Below, piece after piece: positions 34,528-46,500 of a stretch of DNA of 54,154 nt. Under the pieces are notes generated by a model. It was not told the origin of the DNA. It worked only from the letters and a program-made list of their open reading frames with translations, and did not search any database. The position numbers and the translations under genes are program-made. Position 1 is the stretch's first letter. Each line of letters begins with the position of its first letter. The stretch is from a virus (Duplodnaviria; Caudoviricetes), in the IMG/VR virus record IMGVR_UViG_3300042889_000421, positions 1 to 54,154 of that record. The stretch is one strand, 5' to 3'.

Positions 34528-36327
34528 GTGGCAACAAATAATAAAATTTCTACCACTGAATTGGGTTTTGATAATATCAAATCTAATATCAAACAATTCT
34601 TTCAAGGTCAAGAAGAATTTTCAGATTACGATTTTGAGGGTTCAGGACTTTCGATTCTTTTAGATGTGTTATCATATAATACACATTACAATTCCTTATA
34701 CACTAATCTTGCTGTAAATGAATCATTCCTTGATTCTGCTGTTAAAAGAGAAAGTGTTGTTTCTAAAGCATTTGAACTGGGTTATCTACCTAGATCTGCT
34801 TCTACAGCTAAAGCAAAAGTTAACATTAAACTTACTAATGTTAGTGGTACGCCAGATACAATAGTTCTAAATGCTTTAACTCCTTTTAATACCTCAGTTA
34901 ATGGTACTCCTTACACATTCTATAACGATGTTCCTTATACTGCTGTTAATTCATCTGGAACATATAACTTTAGTAATGTATTTTTGCTTGAAGGAACTCC
35001 TTTAACACAATCTTATGTGGTATCTGATAGTTCAAGATATATCATTTCAAACAATAATTGTGATATCTCTACATTAACTGTTGGTATATTCAATAACATC
35101 AATTCTAGTATTGTGACCAATTTCAGAAAAGTAGATGATATCTTATCTATAACTGCGACTGATACTATTTACTTCTTAAAAGAAATAGAAAATGGTTTAT
35201 ATGAAATACAATTTGGTAATGATAGAATAGGTAAATCTGTTAATACAGGTAATGTTGTTAGGTTATCTTATTTTGTTACTAACAAAGGTTCTGCTAATGG
35301 AGCAAGAACATTTAGTTGTGGTTCTCTTAGCAATGCTATTATTACAACAGTTAGTTCATCAAGAGGTGGCGCAGAAGCTGAAACTGTAGATGAAATAAAA
35401 CACAATGCTCCTAGATTGTTTAGTGCTGCCCATAGAGCAGTTACAAATGATGACTACAAAGCAATTATTACTTCAAATTTCTATAATCTTGATTCTATAC
35501 AAGTTTGGGGAGGCGATGAAAATATCCCACCAATTTATGGTAAAGTGTTTATCTCTGTTGCACCAAAAAATAATGAAGTTTTAACGATTGAAGAAAAAAT
35601 AGCAATAAAAGAACAAATTCTAAAGAATAAGAAAATTGTAACAGTTATACCAGAATTTGTTGATCCATTTTATCTGAATATTAGTTTATCCACAACAGTT
35701 TACTATAACCCAAATATCACAACACAATCTTCTTATGATCTAATTTTACAAGTAAAAAATAACATATTAAATTATAATAACACAGATTTGAAGCGGTTTG
35801 ATTCTATCTTTAGATATTCGAAGTTGATGGGCATTATTGATGCAACTGATCCAGCAATTACGAGTAATATTTCTTCATTAGTAGTGAAAAGAAAAATATA
35901 CCCTAAATTTAATATAACAGCCGATTATTCCTTTAAAATAGATAATCCAATCTATTCTGCTGGTGTTCCAGAAGAGGCTGTCACTTCTAATGGGTTTTAT
36001 GTTAGTGGGGATAGCAATATTCAGTATATTGAAGATAATGGATATAGTATTCTGCAAAGATATTATAAAGATAATAATGGAAATAAAGTCATAACTAATA
36101 AAGCACAAGGTATTGTAGATTATACAATGGGTAGTATTACACTCAAATCTATAAATATTGTAGGATTGGCAGAGGCGTATTTTTTAATTGCTTTTAAACT
36201 ACAATCTAATGATATTATTTCTATTAGGGAACATATTGTCAGAATAGATGAATTGGAGTTAAAAGTTGATGCAATAGCAGAAACTAAGGTAACAGGTTCT
36301 CAATATATATTTACACCAAGTAGATAA
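34528..36327 (+). CDS. gp6: Baseplate wedge protein, gp6-like
   Basis: FSDYDFEGSGLSILLDVLSYNTHYN, ESFLDSA, RAVT.DDY, VWGG...PP.YGKVFIS. Confidence 0.95.
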   Translation: MATNNKISTTELGFDNIKSNIKQFFQGQEEFSDYDFEGSGLSILLDVLSYNTHYNSLYTNLAVNESFLDSAVKRESVVSKAFELGYLPRSASTAKAKVNIKLTNVSGTPDTIVLNALTPFNTSVNGTPYTFYNDVPYTAVNSSGTYNFSNVFLLEGTPLTQSYVVSDSSRYIISNNNCDISTLTVGIFNNINSSIVTNFRKVDDILSITATDTIYFLKEIENGLYEIQFGNDRIGKSVNTGNVVRLSYFVTNKGSANGARTFSCGSLSNAIITTVSSSRGGAEAETVDEIKHNAPRLFSAAHRAVTNDDYKAIITSNFYNLDSIQVWGGDENIPPIYGKVFISVAPKNNEVLTIEEKIAIKEQILKNKKIVTVIPEFVDPFYLNISLSTTVYYNPNITTQSSYDLILQVKNNILNYNNTDLKRFDSIFRYSKLMGIIDATDPAITSNISSLVVKRKIYPKFNITADYSFKIDNPIYSAGVPEEAVTSNGFYVSGDSNIQYIEDNGYSILQRYYKDNNGNKVITNKAQGIVDYTMGSITLKSINIVGLAEAYFLIAFKLQSNDIISIREHIVRIDELELKVDAIAETKVTGSQYIFTPSR

Positions 36328-36329
36328 CA

Positions 36330-38108
36330 ATGACTTATAAAATACCAGCAGTTTCTACAGTATCACACCAGTTTCCCGAATTTGTTAAAGAAGATTATCC
36401 CAAATTTATCAGATTCGTTGAACTCTATTATGAATTTCTGAAAACATCAGAACTTGAGGGTGTTGGTGAAAGTTTTAATTCAATAAGGGATGTTGATAAT
36501 ACATTAGATAAATTTATAGATTCCCTATGGAAAGAATTTGGTATTAATGTTCCTAGAACAAATGTAGCTAATGACATACATTTTCTAAAACATATTAAAG
36601 ATTTCTATTCATCTAAAGGTAGTGAAGAATCTTTTAAAATTCTATTTAGACATCTTTTCAATATTGAAATAGATATAAAATATCCAGCTGAATATATCTT
36701 CAAACCTTCAGATGGTGAATGGCAACAAGATGTTTCTTTTTTAGTTAATGTGTCTCACGGTGATATCTACAGTATTGTAGGTAAACAAATTTATATCAAT
36801 TCTGCATCACAAACTATCTTAGTTAATGTCATAAAGATACAACAATTAGGATCATATTTTGAAGTTTTTATAGAACCAACAGTGTATAACATAATATCGG
36901 TTGGTGATAAAATATCATTAAATGACTTCGATGCAACTATCATAAATTCAATCACAAAAGTTGATGTTGTTTCTTCTGGTTCTGGGTTCTATAGAGGGCA
37001 ATTAATAACCATAACAACCCCAACAGGCACGAATGCTTTATTGAAAGTTTCTGATGTTGATTCAAGCGGTGGAATATTAAAAATTGAAGTAATAAATTTT
37101 GGTGTTGGTTATGTAAATCCTTTTTATGTATATGTTCCAAACTTTCCTTATTTAGTAGATAAAATAGGATTAAAAGAAAGTTTCCTTGTTACAAAAAATA
37201 TTGTTTCTGATTTTTTTGTTGTTAGCGGTTATGTAGATGATAGCTATTTTGGGACTCTTGTTACTCAACTATCTTCTGATACATCTACACCAGATTATTC
37301 CTTGGATGAAACTTCAGCTTATATAAAAATTAACACTGGTAGCGTTAGAAAATATAAAGGATATTACAAAAGTGAAAGGGGGTTTGTATCAAATTCTTAT
37401 AAGTTACAAGATAGTGTATATTATCAACTGTATTCTTATGTGATAAATTGCTCAGAATCTATTAATACTTATAGGGATATAGTTAAAACTCTTGTGCATC
37501 CTACAGGTATGAAATTGTTTGGAACACAGGTGCTATCTAATGAAATATTTTTGATAAATACTCTTGAAATTCTTGAAAAATTTATTAATGTATCTCCAAT
37601 TGATTTCTTATCGGTTAATGAAATTTGTAGATTTGCGGTAAGTAAAGGTTTAAGTAATGAAGTTGTAATTGATGAATTACAATCTTTCATTTTTAGGAAA
37701 GGAGCAATATCTGAAAGTGTTTCAGTTTCTGAATCAAAATCTTTTGAAATAAGTAAATTTTTTACTGAAAATATTTTAATTACTGATACTATATACAATT
37801 CGTTAAATAACTCATTACCTGAAAGTGTTCTAATTGGCGAATTACAATCTTTTATACTAAACAAAGGTTTACCTGAAAGTGTTTCGGTTTCTGAATCAAA
37901 ATCTTTTGTACTAAATAAAGGATTAACTGAAAGTGTTTCGGTTTCTGAATCAAAATCTTTTGTACTAAATAAAGGATTAATTGATGCTATATCTATTTTA
38001 GGGTTTGAGCATTGGGTTTCTGATTATAATGTGGATTATGTTAACACCGAAACTCCTGCGGTTATTACTTATTCTGGCTCTACTTTTTCTATTACATTAA
38101 ACAACTAA
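36330..38108 (+). CDS. Baseplate wedge protein, gp7-like, with C-terminal 18-aa repeats
   Basis: QFPEFV..DYPKF, FY.SKGSEESF..LFR.LF, LQDS.YYQ.YSY, HPTGMKLFG. Confidence 0.8.
   Translation: MTYKIPAVSTVSHQFPEFVKEDYPKFIRFVELYYEFLKTSELEGVGESFNSIRDVDNTLDKFIDSLWKEFGINVPRTNVANDIHFLKHIKDFYSSKGSEESFKILFRHLFNIEIDIKYPAEYIFKPSDGEWQQDVSFLVNVSHGDIYSIVGKQIYINSASQTILVNVIKIQQLGSYFEVFIEPTVYNIISVGDKISLNDFDATIINSITKVDVVSSGSGFYRGQLITITTPTGTNALLKVSDVDSSGGILKIEVINFGVGYVNPFYVYVPNFPYLVDKIGLKESFLVTKNIVSDFFVVSGYVDDSYFGTLVTQLSSDTSTPDYSLDETSAYIKINTGSVRKYKGYYKSERGFVSNSYKLQDSVYYQLYSYVINCSESINTYRDIVKTLVHPTGMKLFGTQVLSNEIFLINTLEILEKFINVSPIDFLSVNEICRFAVSKGLSNEVVIDELQSFIFRKGAISESVSVSESKSFEISKFFTENILITDTIYNSLNNSLPESVLIGELQSFILNKGLPESVSVSESKSFVLNKGLTESVSVSESKSFVLNKGLIDAISILGFEHWVSDYNVDYVNTETPAVITYSGSTFSITLNN
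37650..37981 (+). repeat. 54-bp coding repeats (ESVSVSESKSFVLNKGL)
   Basis: Near-identical tandem copies around 37873-37980, degenerate copies upstream. Confidence 0.8.
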
Positions 38109-38126
38109 ACAACTAAGGAAATACAA

Positions 38127-38579
38127 ATGGATACAAACGAACAAATAAAAATAACTGGTGCTTTAACTATTGTTAAAACTAATGCAGATGGTGTAGTTAC
38201 TGATACGAGAAGCATTCCGAATATGGTCGTTACCGCTGGTAAGGCTCATATCATATCTAGAATGCTTGGAGTTGCTGATGCAAGTATGACACATATTGGT
38301 CTTGGGACAGATACGGTAACAGCACCAGCTCTAGGACAAACTGCATTAAGTGGTGCATTTGCTGGTAACAGAACTGCGATGGCTACACCTACACAAGCAT
38401 CAAATGTTGTTACTTATGTCGCTACATTTGCTGCTGGTGTAAATACTGGTGCTATTTCAGAGGCTGGTATTTTTAATGCTGTTACTGGAGGTACTATGTT
38501 ATGCAGAACCCAATTTGCTGTAGTCACTAAGGGTATTTCAGATAGTATTGTTATTACTTGGGTAATTACACTTTCTTAA
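38127..38579 (+). CDS. Virion structural protein (baseplate or fibre attachment)
   Basis: NMVVTAG...GAISEAGIFNA..GGTMLCR; lies between gp7-like and gp8-like genes. Confidence 0.65.
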   Translation: MDTNEQIKITGALTIVKTNADGVVTDTRSIPNMVVTAGKAHIISRMLGVADASMTHIGLGTDTVTAPALGQTALSGAFAGNRTAMATPTQASNVVTYVATFAAGVNTGAISEAGIFNAVTGGTMLCRTQFAVVTKGISDSIVITWVITLS

Positions 38580-38591
38580 TTGGATTAACCT

Positions 38592-40436
38592 ATGTCAATT
38601 TCAATCAATCCATTAATGCATACTACTATAGCTCAATCGATCTATAATAATGTGTTATCGAAATCTTCTAAATATTTTTATTTTTTAGGTAAAACTACAC
38701 CTTATGCTCTTGTTAATGGGATTGAAGAAATAGAGGAAGCTGTTCCTACTTACAAATATGAATTGTCAACAAGAAAAGATATTATATCATTCAAGGAAAT
38801 AACAAACAATGATATTAGTTTTGTTATTCCTAGAATAAATTGGGTGACTAATGAAGTATATGATCATTATGATGATAATTATTCAGTTAATTATCTATCA
38901 CATTCTGGTGCGTCATCTATAAGTGAATCAAAATTTTATGTATTTGTAGATGAAACTAATTTATATATTTGTTTAGATAATAATAACAATTCTGTATCTA
39001 CAGTAAAGCCTACTGGGAATAGTGAATTACCATTTTCTACAGGGGATGGTTATAAATGGAAATTTATAATGACTGTTCCTCCTGCTCTAAAAGTAAAATT
39101 CCTGACATCATTTTATATACCAGTAACAACTGCGGTAAATAATATTTTCTATAACAATGGTGCTTTAGATTCAATTGTTATCAATAATTCTGGAACAGGT
39201 TATCCAAGTGCCTCAGTAGCAACAACAATAACAGTTACTGGTGCTGGAACAGGTGCTTTATTATCTCCTAGAGTTTCTACCAGTGGAGAAATAACAAGGG
39301 TTGATATAATTTCAGGGGGAACTGGTTATGTTTTAGGAACAACTACATTAACTGTAACAAGTGATACAGGAACTGGTAAATTTACTCCTAATATCAGAGC
39401 GATGCTAACACCTGTTATTGTAGGTGGTGTTATTTCTTTTGTTTCTATTGATGATCCAGGAAAGAGTTATAGTACACCAACAACTACATTAATTGTAACA
39501 AGTGATACAGGAACTGGTGCAACTTTAACTCCTATTGTCCAAGGTGGTCAAATTGTTGATGTTATTATAGATCAACCAGGAGTAGGTTATAAAGCTGCAA
39601 AAATTACTGCCTCTGGAACTGGTGGTTCTGGAGCGACATTTACTGCATCTACATCTGGTGGTCAATTAAATACCACACAAGCGAATGTAGAATTATTGAG
39701 TGTTGATGGCACAATAGATTATATCCAAGTAGAAAATAATGGATCTGGTTATACTTCTATAACTATTACAATAAGTGGTGATGGGCAGGGAGCAACAGCT
39801 TCTGCTGTTATAAGTAGTGGTCAATTAGTAAAAATAAATATAACCAATAGAGGAAGTGGATATACATACGCAACCGTGTCTGTGGTTGCAGTAGGAACAG
39901 CACCAACTTCAGTTGCTTCTGCTAGGGCAATTATGTCACCTAGATATGGTCATGGAAAAAATGCAATTTCTCAACTATTTTCTGATACATTAATGTTATA
40001 TAGCACAATCAGCAATTCTAACACCTCTGGGTTTATATTCAATAATGATTATCGTCAGTTTGGGATAATTAGAAATCCTACTAAATTTGATTCAACACAA
40101 TTTTATAATGATATTTTAGGAACTGCTTGTTATGTTACGACTGGAACTACTACTGGTACGTTAGTCAATGATCTAATTCTATCAGACACTTCCGGTAATT
40201 CATATACAGTTATATCGGTTACGACTAATACAAAAATTCTATTACAGCCAAATACAAATTCTACTCCAGTAATAGGGCAAGTATTAACTAATGGAGCCAT
40301 TACTTTCACTATAGGAACAGTCATTAATCCAACTGTCGATAAGTATAGTGGCGATTTGCTGTATATTAATAATAGAACATCGTTCTATCAAACAGAAGAT
40401 CAAACAGTTACTCTACAAACTATTCTAAAGTTCTAA
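38592..40436 (+). CDS. gp8: Baseplate wedge protein, gp8-like, with GxGY repeat insertion
   Basis: PRINW....YDHY, YICLDN...STVKPT, DGYKWKF, GHG.NA, DYRQFGIIRNP, SGDLLYINNR. Confidence 0.85.
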   Translation: MSISINPLMHTTIAQSIYNNVLSKSSKYFYFLGKTTPYALVNGIEEIEEAVPTYKYELSTRKDIISFKEITNNDISFVIPRINWVTNEVYDHYDDNYSVNYLSHSGASSISESKFYVFVDETNLYICLDNNNNSVSTVKPTGNSELPFSTGDGYKWKFIMTVPPALKVKFLTSFYIPVTTAVNNIFYNNGALDSIVINNSGTGYPSASVATTITVTGAGTGALLSPRVSTSGEITRVDIISGGTGYVLGTTTLTVTSDTGTGKFTPNIRAMLTPVIVGGVISFVSIDDPGKSYSTPTTTLIVTSDTGTGATLTPIVQGGQIVDVIIDQPGVGYKAAKITASGTGGSGATFTASTSGGQLNTTQANVELLSVDGTIDYIQVENNGSGYTSITITISGDGQGATASAVISSGQLVKINITNRGSGYTYATVSVVAVGTAPTSVASARAIMSPRYGHGKNAISQLFSDTLMLYSTISNSNTSGFIFNNDYRQFGIIRNPTKFDSTQFYNDILGTACYVTTGTTTGTLVNDLILSDTSGNSYTVISVTTNTKILLQPNTNSTPVIGQVLTNGAITFTIGTVINPTVDKYSGDLLYINNRTSFYQTEDQTVTLQTILKF

Positions 40437-40442
40437 TAAATA
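40435..40442 (+). promoter_or_regulatory. Late promoter variant
   Basis: AATAAATA upstream of ORF 40477. Confidence 0.45.
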
Positions 40443-40476
40443 TATTAAATTACAATGATTTAACACAGGTATACAA

Positions 40477-43400
40477 ATGGCTAATCTAGATTTTAATATT
40501 GAACCATATTTTGACGATTTTGACGACAGTAAACATTTTCATAAAATTCTGTTTAAGCCTGGATATGCAGTTCAAGCTAGGGAATTAACACAACTACAAT
40601 CTATTATACAATCTCAAATAGATAAATTTGGTTCACATATCTTTAAAGATGGATCAGTTGTTCATAATGGGGATCATTCTGCAGTATACACAAAAGCTAT
40701 TCCAATAAAATCCTTTTCTGGAACAATAGTATTAGCTGATTTTTTGGGTAAAATAGTTTACATTGGAACCACTAGAAAATTAATAGTTCATACCGAAGTT
40801 ATCAACTCTGTTAACTATATTTTTACAGTCGATAAAACTGATGGTATTATATCAGAAAATACTACTCTTACTGTTGAAGGTAATGTAACATTTACCTTGT
40901 TAGTTGAGAGTTCTGATAATTTTGCTGTCTATACAGATTATATCTTACACAAAATCCTAAAAGGTGTATATTTTATATCTGGGTACTTTACAACAGTAGA
41001 AGAACAAACTATATTAGTATCTGGCGATAACACTGCTAATATTGATGTTTACTTAGAGGCGATAGAATCTATTATAACATATAGTGAAGATGAATCACTA
41101 TTAGACAATGCTGCAGGTTCTCCAAATTATTCTGCTCCTGGAGCAGATAGATATTGTATAGAATTAACTCTTACTTCTACTCACGCTGGTGAAACTTTAG
41201 ACACTAGTAATAAACATTTTCTTTTAGCATCTTATAGAAATGGAACAATTGTTGTAGACATTGATAAACCTGCATATTCTGATTTAGAAAAACATTTAGC
41301 AGAAAGAACCTATAATGAATCGGGTGATTACACCGTAATGCCATTCATGGGTAAAGTTGTTCCTGAAACAACTTATACAACAGATTATTCGGTAAAATTA
41401 GATAAAGGTCTAGCTTATATACAAGGGTTTGAGTTTAGCACAAAAGAACAAACAACTTTAACTGCTCCAAAAGCAAGAACAACTTCATCTGTCAATAATG
41501 CTCAAATTATTTTAGATAAAGGTCCTTATGTTGTTGTCGAAAATTTGTTTGGTTTAATATTTCCATATTCCACAAGAACAACAATAGATATTCATAGTAA
41601 TCTTACTACTGCAGGCGTAGATGCAGGCGTAAATTTAACATCAGCAACAACTTATAATACTACAAAAATAGGAACAGCTACTGCCTTATATACAATCAAT
41701 TCTGGTGTTACTGGAACATACAAATTATTTTTAACAGATATAAGTATGTTTACAGGAAAGAGTTTTGCAAACGCAAAATCTTTTATTGTGAAAACAGGAA
41801 CTGGTCCGTACGCTAAACAATTTAGTGCAGATTTTAGCAATGAAGAATACACTGCTGCAGTTTCGGTGTATAATTCTCAAAACTATTCGCAATTATTTAA
41901 GTTACCTAACACACCAGTAAAAACACATCTATCTACAAATAATTTAACTGATATATCTTATCAATCTTATAAAGAATTTTTATATGTATCTTTTGCTGCT
42001 GTTAGTTCTATGAGTCAGGGTTCATTTACTTTAACTTCACCTCAATCATTTATAGGTAGTGGATTGTTGTCTGCATCTACTATTTCCCAACACTGGTATG
42101 CAAGAGTGGTTTCCGCAGGTGGTTCTGGCTATACTGTTGGACAAATTGTTCCGATTACTGATATTGCTTCTGTCAATATTTCTAGTCCTACTTCAGCTAC
42201 AGTGCGTATAAACAAAAATACTAATATGACAATAGATGTTTTTGTTGTTGTTAGTAATAGTCTTACCTCTACTAGAAATAAAACTTTAACAAATGGGTCT
42301 AAGGTTATATCTGGGGTTATATCTGGGGTTACTATTGATGATACAAGTATATCTTTGAATACAGCTGATGGATATGAATTAATATCAGTAATGGATGATC
42401 AAGGTGGTGATCAAACAGACCTATACAATTTGTATAGTGGGCAGAAAGATGCCTATTATGATCATGCTTATATAAAACTAAAAAATCCTAATATCACACC
42501 AAGGTCAACTAATCAACGAATTACATCATTAACAGTATCGTTTAAGTATTTTTCACATACTGGCGTTGGTCCGATTACAGTAGATTCGTACAGCACTGCA
42601 TTATCATATGATCAAATTCCTAGTTATAAAGTTGCATCTGGTGATATTTTTAGATTATCTGATGTGTTAGATTTTAGACCAAGAAGAACAGATAATTCTA
42701 CAACTTTTGATGCATTTCATCTGCCAATATTTGATAGTTTATTAACCACAGATTATGAGTTTTACTTACCAAGAACAGATAGAATAGTAGTTACTCCAGA
42801 TTTAAATCTGTCTATTGTCCAAGGGGTTCCAGCAAAATTTCCATTGATTCCTTCTGTTGGAGACTCATTGACTTTGTATATTGTATCAATCCCAGCTTAT
42901 ACCTTTTCGGCTGATGATATTACTATAGAGTATATAGATAACAGACGTTATACTATGAAAGATATAGCAAAAATTGATAAGAGGGTTAATCGTTTAGAAT
43001 ATTATTCAACATTATCTCTTTTAGAAAAACAAGCCTCTGATGAATCAGTTGCTTCTGATGTTCCTGGAATGGATAAATTTAAAAATGGTATTTTAGTGGA
43101 CGCTTTCGCTGGACATAGTGTTGGTGATGTATATAATCCGGATTACAATTGTGCAATCGATTTTAACACTAGAATTTTAAGACCTGCCTTTGATAGTAAT
43201 TCATATGGTTATAATGTTGTTGATAATAGCATTATAAATATAGATATATCAAGAGATCTAGCGACATTAGATTTTACTGAATCCCCTGTTGTTATACAAA
43301 TGATCGCTTCTGAAGCAGAATCCGTTCAACCCTTTGGTGTGTTCAATTGGAATGGAATTATGGCTATGGACCCTCCAACTGATGTATGGATAGATACAGT

Positions 43401-43575
43401 TACTAAGCCAGAAGTGACAGTTAATTTGAATGGTGAACATGATGCATATTCGGTATTTGCGACAGGTAATGGACAATCCTGGTCAAATTGGGAAACGACA
43501 GGTAAGGGTGTTACAGATTTAGCGTTACAATCTAATGTTTCTGTTCGATCTAATGTTACAATAATTAATCAATAA
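40477..43575 (+). CDS. Large virion protein, VrlC/DUF4815-like, N-terminal part
   Basis: PYFDDFD..K.FHKILFKPG.AVQARELTQLQ, APGADR, RRYTMKDI, FKNG..VD.F. Confidence 0.85.
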   Translation: MANLDFNIEPYFDDFDDSKHFHKILFKPGYAVQARELTQLQSIIQSQIDKFGSHIFKDGSVVHNGDHSAVYTKAIPIKSFSGTIVLADFLGKIVYIGTTRKLIVHTEVINSVNYIFTVDKTDGIISENTTLTVEGNVTFTLLVESSDNFAVYTDYILHKILKGVYFISGYFTTVEEQTILVSGDNTANIDVYLEAIESIITYSEDESLLDNAAGSPNYSAPGADRYCIELTLTSTHAGETLDTSNKHFLLASYRNGTIVVDIDKPAYSDLEKHLAERTYNESGDYTVMPFMGKVVPETTYTTDYSVKLDKGLAYIQGFEFSTKEQTTLTAPKARTTSSVNNAQIILDKGPYVVVENLFGLIFPYSTRTTIDIHSNLTTAGVDAGVNLTSATTYNTTKIGTATALYTINSGVTGTYKLFLTDISMFTGKSFANAKSFIVKTGTGPYAKQFSADFSNEEYTAAVSVYNSQNYSQLFKLPNTPVKTHLSTNNLTDISYQSYKEFLYVSFAAVSSMSQGSFTLTSPQSFIGSGLLSASTISQHWYARVVSAGGSGYTVGQIVPITDIASVNISSPTSATVRINKNTNMTIDVFVVVSNSLTSTRNKTLTNGSKVISGVISGVTIDDTSISLNTADGYELISVMDDQGGDQTDLYNLYSGQKDAYYDHAYIKLKNPNITPRSTNQRITSLTVSFKYFSHTGVGPITVDSYSTALSYDQIPSYKVASGDIFRLSDVLDFRPRRTDNSTTFDAFHLPIFDSLLTTDYEFYLPRTDRIVVTPDLNLSIVQGVPAKFPLIPSVGDSLTLYIVSIPAYTFSADDITIEYIDNRRYTMKDIAKIDKRVNRLEYYSTLSLLEKQASDESVASDVPGMDKFKNGILVDAFAGHSVGDVYNPDYNCAIDFNTRILRPAFDSNSYGYNVVDNSIINIDISRDLATLDFTESPVVIQMIASEAESVQPFGVFNWNGIMAMDPPTDVWIDTVTKPEVTVNLNGEHDAYSVFATGNGQSWSNWETTGKGVTDLALQSNVSVRSNVTIINQ

Positions 43576-43586
43576 TTAAGGAATAA

Positions 43587-46500
43587 ATGATGGCAACAGT
43601 TTCAGCTAATAATCCAACTACCACCACGACACAAGGTTCGACTACACCAATAAATCCAGATCCAACTGCAGTAATTACCCTTGGTGTTGCAGCAGCAGCT
43701 TTATTAGCAGCAACACAACCACCAGTAGTTTCTATGGATGTTTCTGCTACCTATAATGCGTCTACAACTCAATCACAAGTTGGATTACAATTCGGTTCTA
43801 CTCAATCTACTAATACTGTGTCTATCGGTGAATCTGTTATTGATATATCTGTTATTAATACAATTCGGTCTAGGTCTATAAACTTTAGTGCATATCATCT
43901 AAAACCTTTAACAAATTTGTATGCATTTTTTGATAATGTTAATGTAGATAATTATGTTTTTACTTCTACAAGGTTGGTATTGGATAAAGCAATACCTGAA
44001 AAATACTCTAAAGAATTTACCTTGACGGATAGTGTTGTTACTGTTTTATTTGCGAAAGGTAAGACAGCTTTCATCAGACAGAAATTTAACGATCCTAGTC
44101 TTATAACTAATCATACATTAACTGCCGCTGATACTTTTACTTGGGGTAATGAGACATATAATGAGACATATGAAATCACCGCAATAAATCAAGATGAAAA
44201 ATTGACAACCGATAAAGATGGTTATGTTGCGGGGGTTTTCGTATTACCTAATACCGATCAAGCATCATTCAAAACAGGCACTCGTTCTTTTTTATTATGT
44301 GATAGTGTAACCAATAATTCAGCAGAAATTCATACCGCTGCAGAATTTTCGTATTATGCGAGTGGTACAACTCAAACTAAACAAGCAACAACTTTAGCGA
44401 CTAGAATTAATCAAGTTACGATAGATCCAATACTTAAATCATCTACCACTGAAGTAGCAACTACAGTTGCCGCACCTACCGCATCTTCTCCATCAAATCC
44501 AATAACAATAACTGTAGATTCATCTAATCCATATATAACTGCGTATTCACCAACTCTTGGGCAAACTGGAATTGCGGTAAACTCAAACATAGTCTTTACT
44601 TTCAGTGAAAATATTGTAAAAGGGGGCGGAAATATAGTTCTTAAAAAATCAAATGGGACTGTGGTTGAAACATTTGATATAGCAACAAGCACACGGTTAT
44701 CTTTTGTTGGCAATACATTAACTATAAATCCAACAGCAGATTTATTTAAAGATGTAACATATTATGTGGATATACCATATGATTCTATAAGAGATGCTGT
44801 GGCTAATCCTTACGCTGGTAGCAGTAATTATTCTTTCACGACAATACCAGAACCAGTTGTTGTTGGTGTTCCAACAACATTATCTGCTATAAGTTTTTTC
44901 CCTTCTGATGGGGCAACCGATATTGATATGGGCACAAATATCAAAATTGAGTTCAACAGTGGTATATTAAAAGGAACTGGGACTATAAATTTATATATAG
45001 GTGCAACAGTGTTTGAGGCTTTTGATGTTGCTACAAGCACACTGTTATCTTTTGTTGGCAATACATTAACTATAAATCCTTCACAAAATTTGTCTCCGAT
45101 CACAAAATATGTTGTTGGTATTCCAGGAACAGCGATTAAATCAGCAGAGAATAACAGCATATTTTGGGTCGGAACAACCCAATATGATTTTACCACACCT
45201 ATTGCAACTACAAATATTGTAATAGGTAAAACAGTTGAACGAAGACATTCAGTAACAGATTATGAAATAGATTTTTCTACTGGTCTTGGTATGTGTGGTA
45301 TTGATGTGACACAGTGTTTAGGTGGCGGTCCAACAGTAGAAGGTGTAGAATCGTTTCAGTTAATCTGGGATGGGAAAATAGTTGCTGGATCAGGAGGAAC
45401 TTTAGAAGAACCATCATTTGTTACTTCAGATGTATCGCCTTTCACAAAAATAGGTAAACGGTATAAAGGTATTCATAATTGGGTTACAATAATACCACCC
45501 ACTAAAACAAATCCACTTAAATACAGATTTAACAAAGATAAGTCATATCCTAAAGGTGCATTATTGAGAGTTACTTCTTGGGGTAGTAATACTTGGAATA
45601 GCGTATTACCAGCATCTACAATAGTTACTGATGGTAGAGCGAATCTTAATCTTACTCCAAATAATACTAATTTCGCTCCACCAAAATTAGATGGCATATT
45701 ATCTATGTGGCATCTAGGCGATAAAGCATTTTATTCAAATACAAAGTCACAATTTGGACTTCCTAATAATGTTGGTGGAAAATCAATTGCTACTTTACAA
45801 TATAGAGGGCAAAATAACGAAATTCTATATGCTAATCGTGGGCAATGTCTTGTTACATTCCCTGCAGGTAACAAAACAATTACTTATACTATAGCTAATA
45901 ATGGGAAAGGTCCTGGTACTATAGAATCTGTCAATGTTAATATGTCACAAGATTATTCTGGAGCCTCCGCTAAAAGTCCTGCATATAATTTACCATTTAG
46001 AGCTAATATAACAACTGCTATATCAAACATAGTTTCTGTAAGTAAAAAGGTTCGTACAAATCGCACTGCGTTTCCCATTACTCTTCAAGTTGGTGAGTCT
46101 GTTGTGTTTAATGTTACTGTGACTTGGCCATATGTTTTCTATTCACCCGCATTTGATTGGGCTGCAAAAACAGGTCTTACTCAACCTATTTCTTATAATA
46201 AATTATCTAAATTGTCAAATTATGCAGCTATAATAGCCGACTATAAAAAAACAGTTTATGAACCTGTCAAAGCTATAAATACTTTTTTACTAAATTGGGA
46301 AGTCACACCACTGTATGCAGGAGATCCTAAATTAGATGTTTCATCTAATTTAAAACTGATATCTAATGCTACGGCTATAGCAAATATTGATCCATTAGCG
46401 CAAACATTCTTTATTAATCCATCGGAACATCCTGAAGGTTATTTTGTTTCATCTATTGATTTATACTTTAAAAAGAAATCATTTACTGATGATATAACAG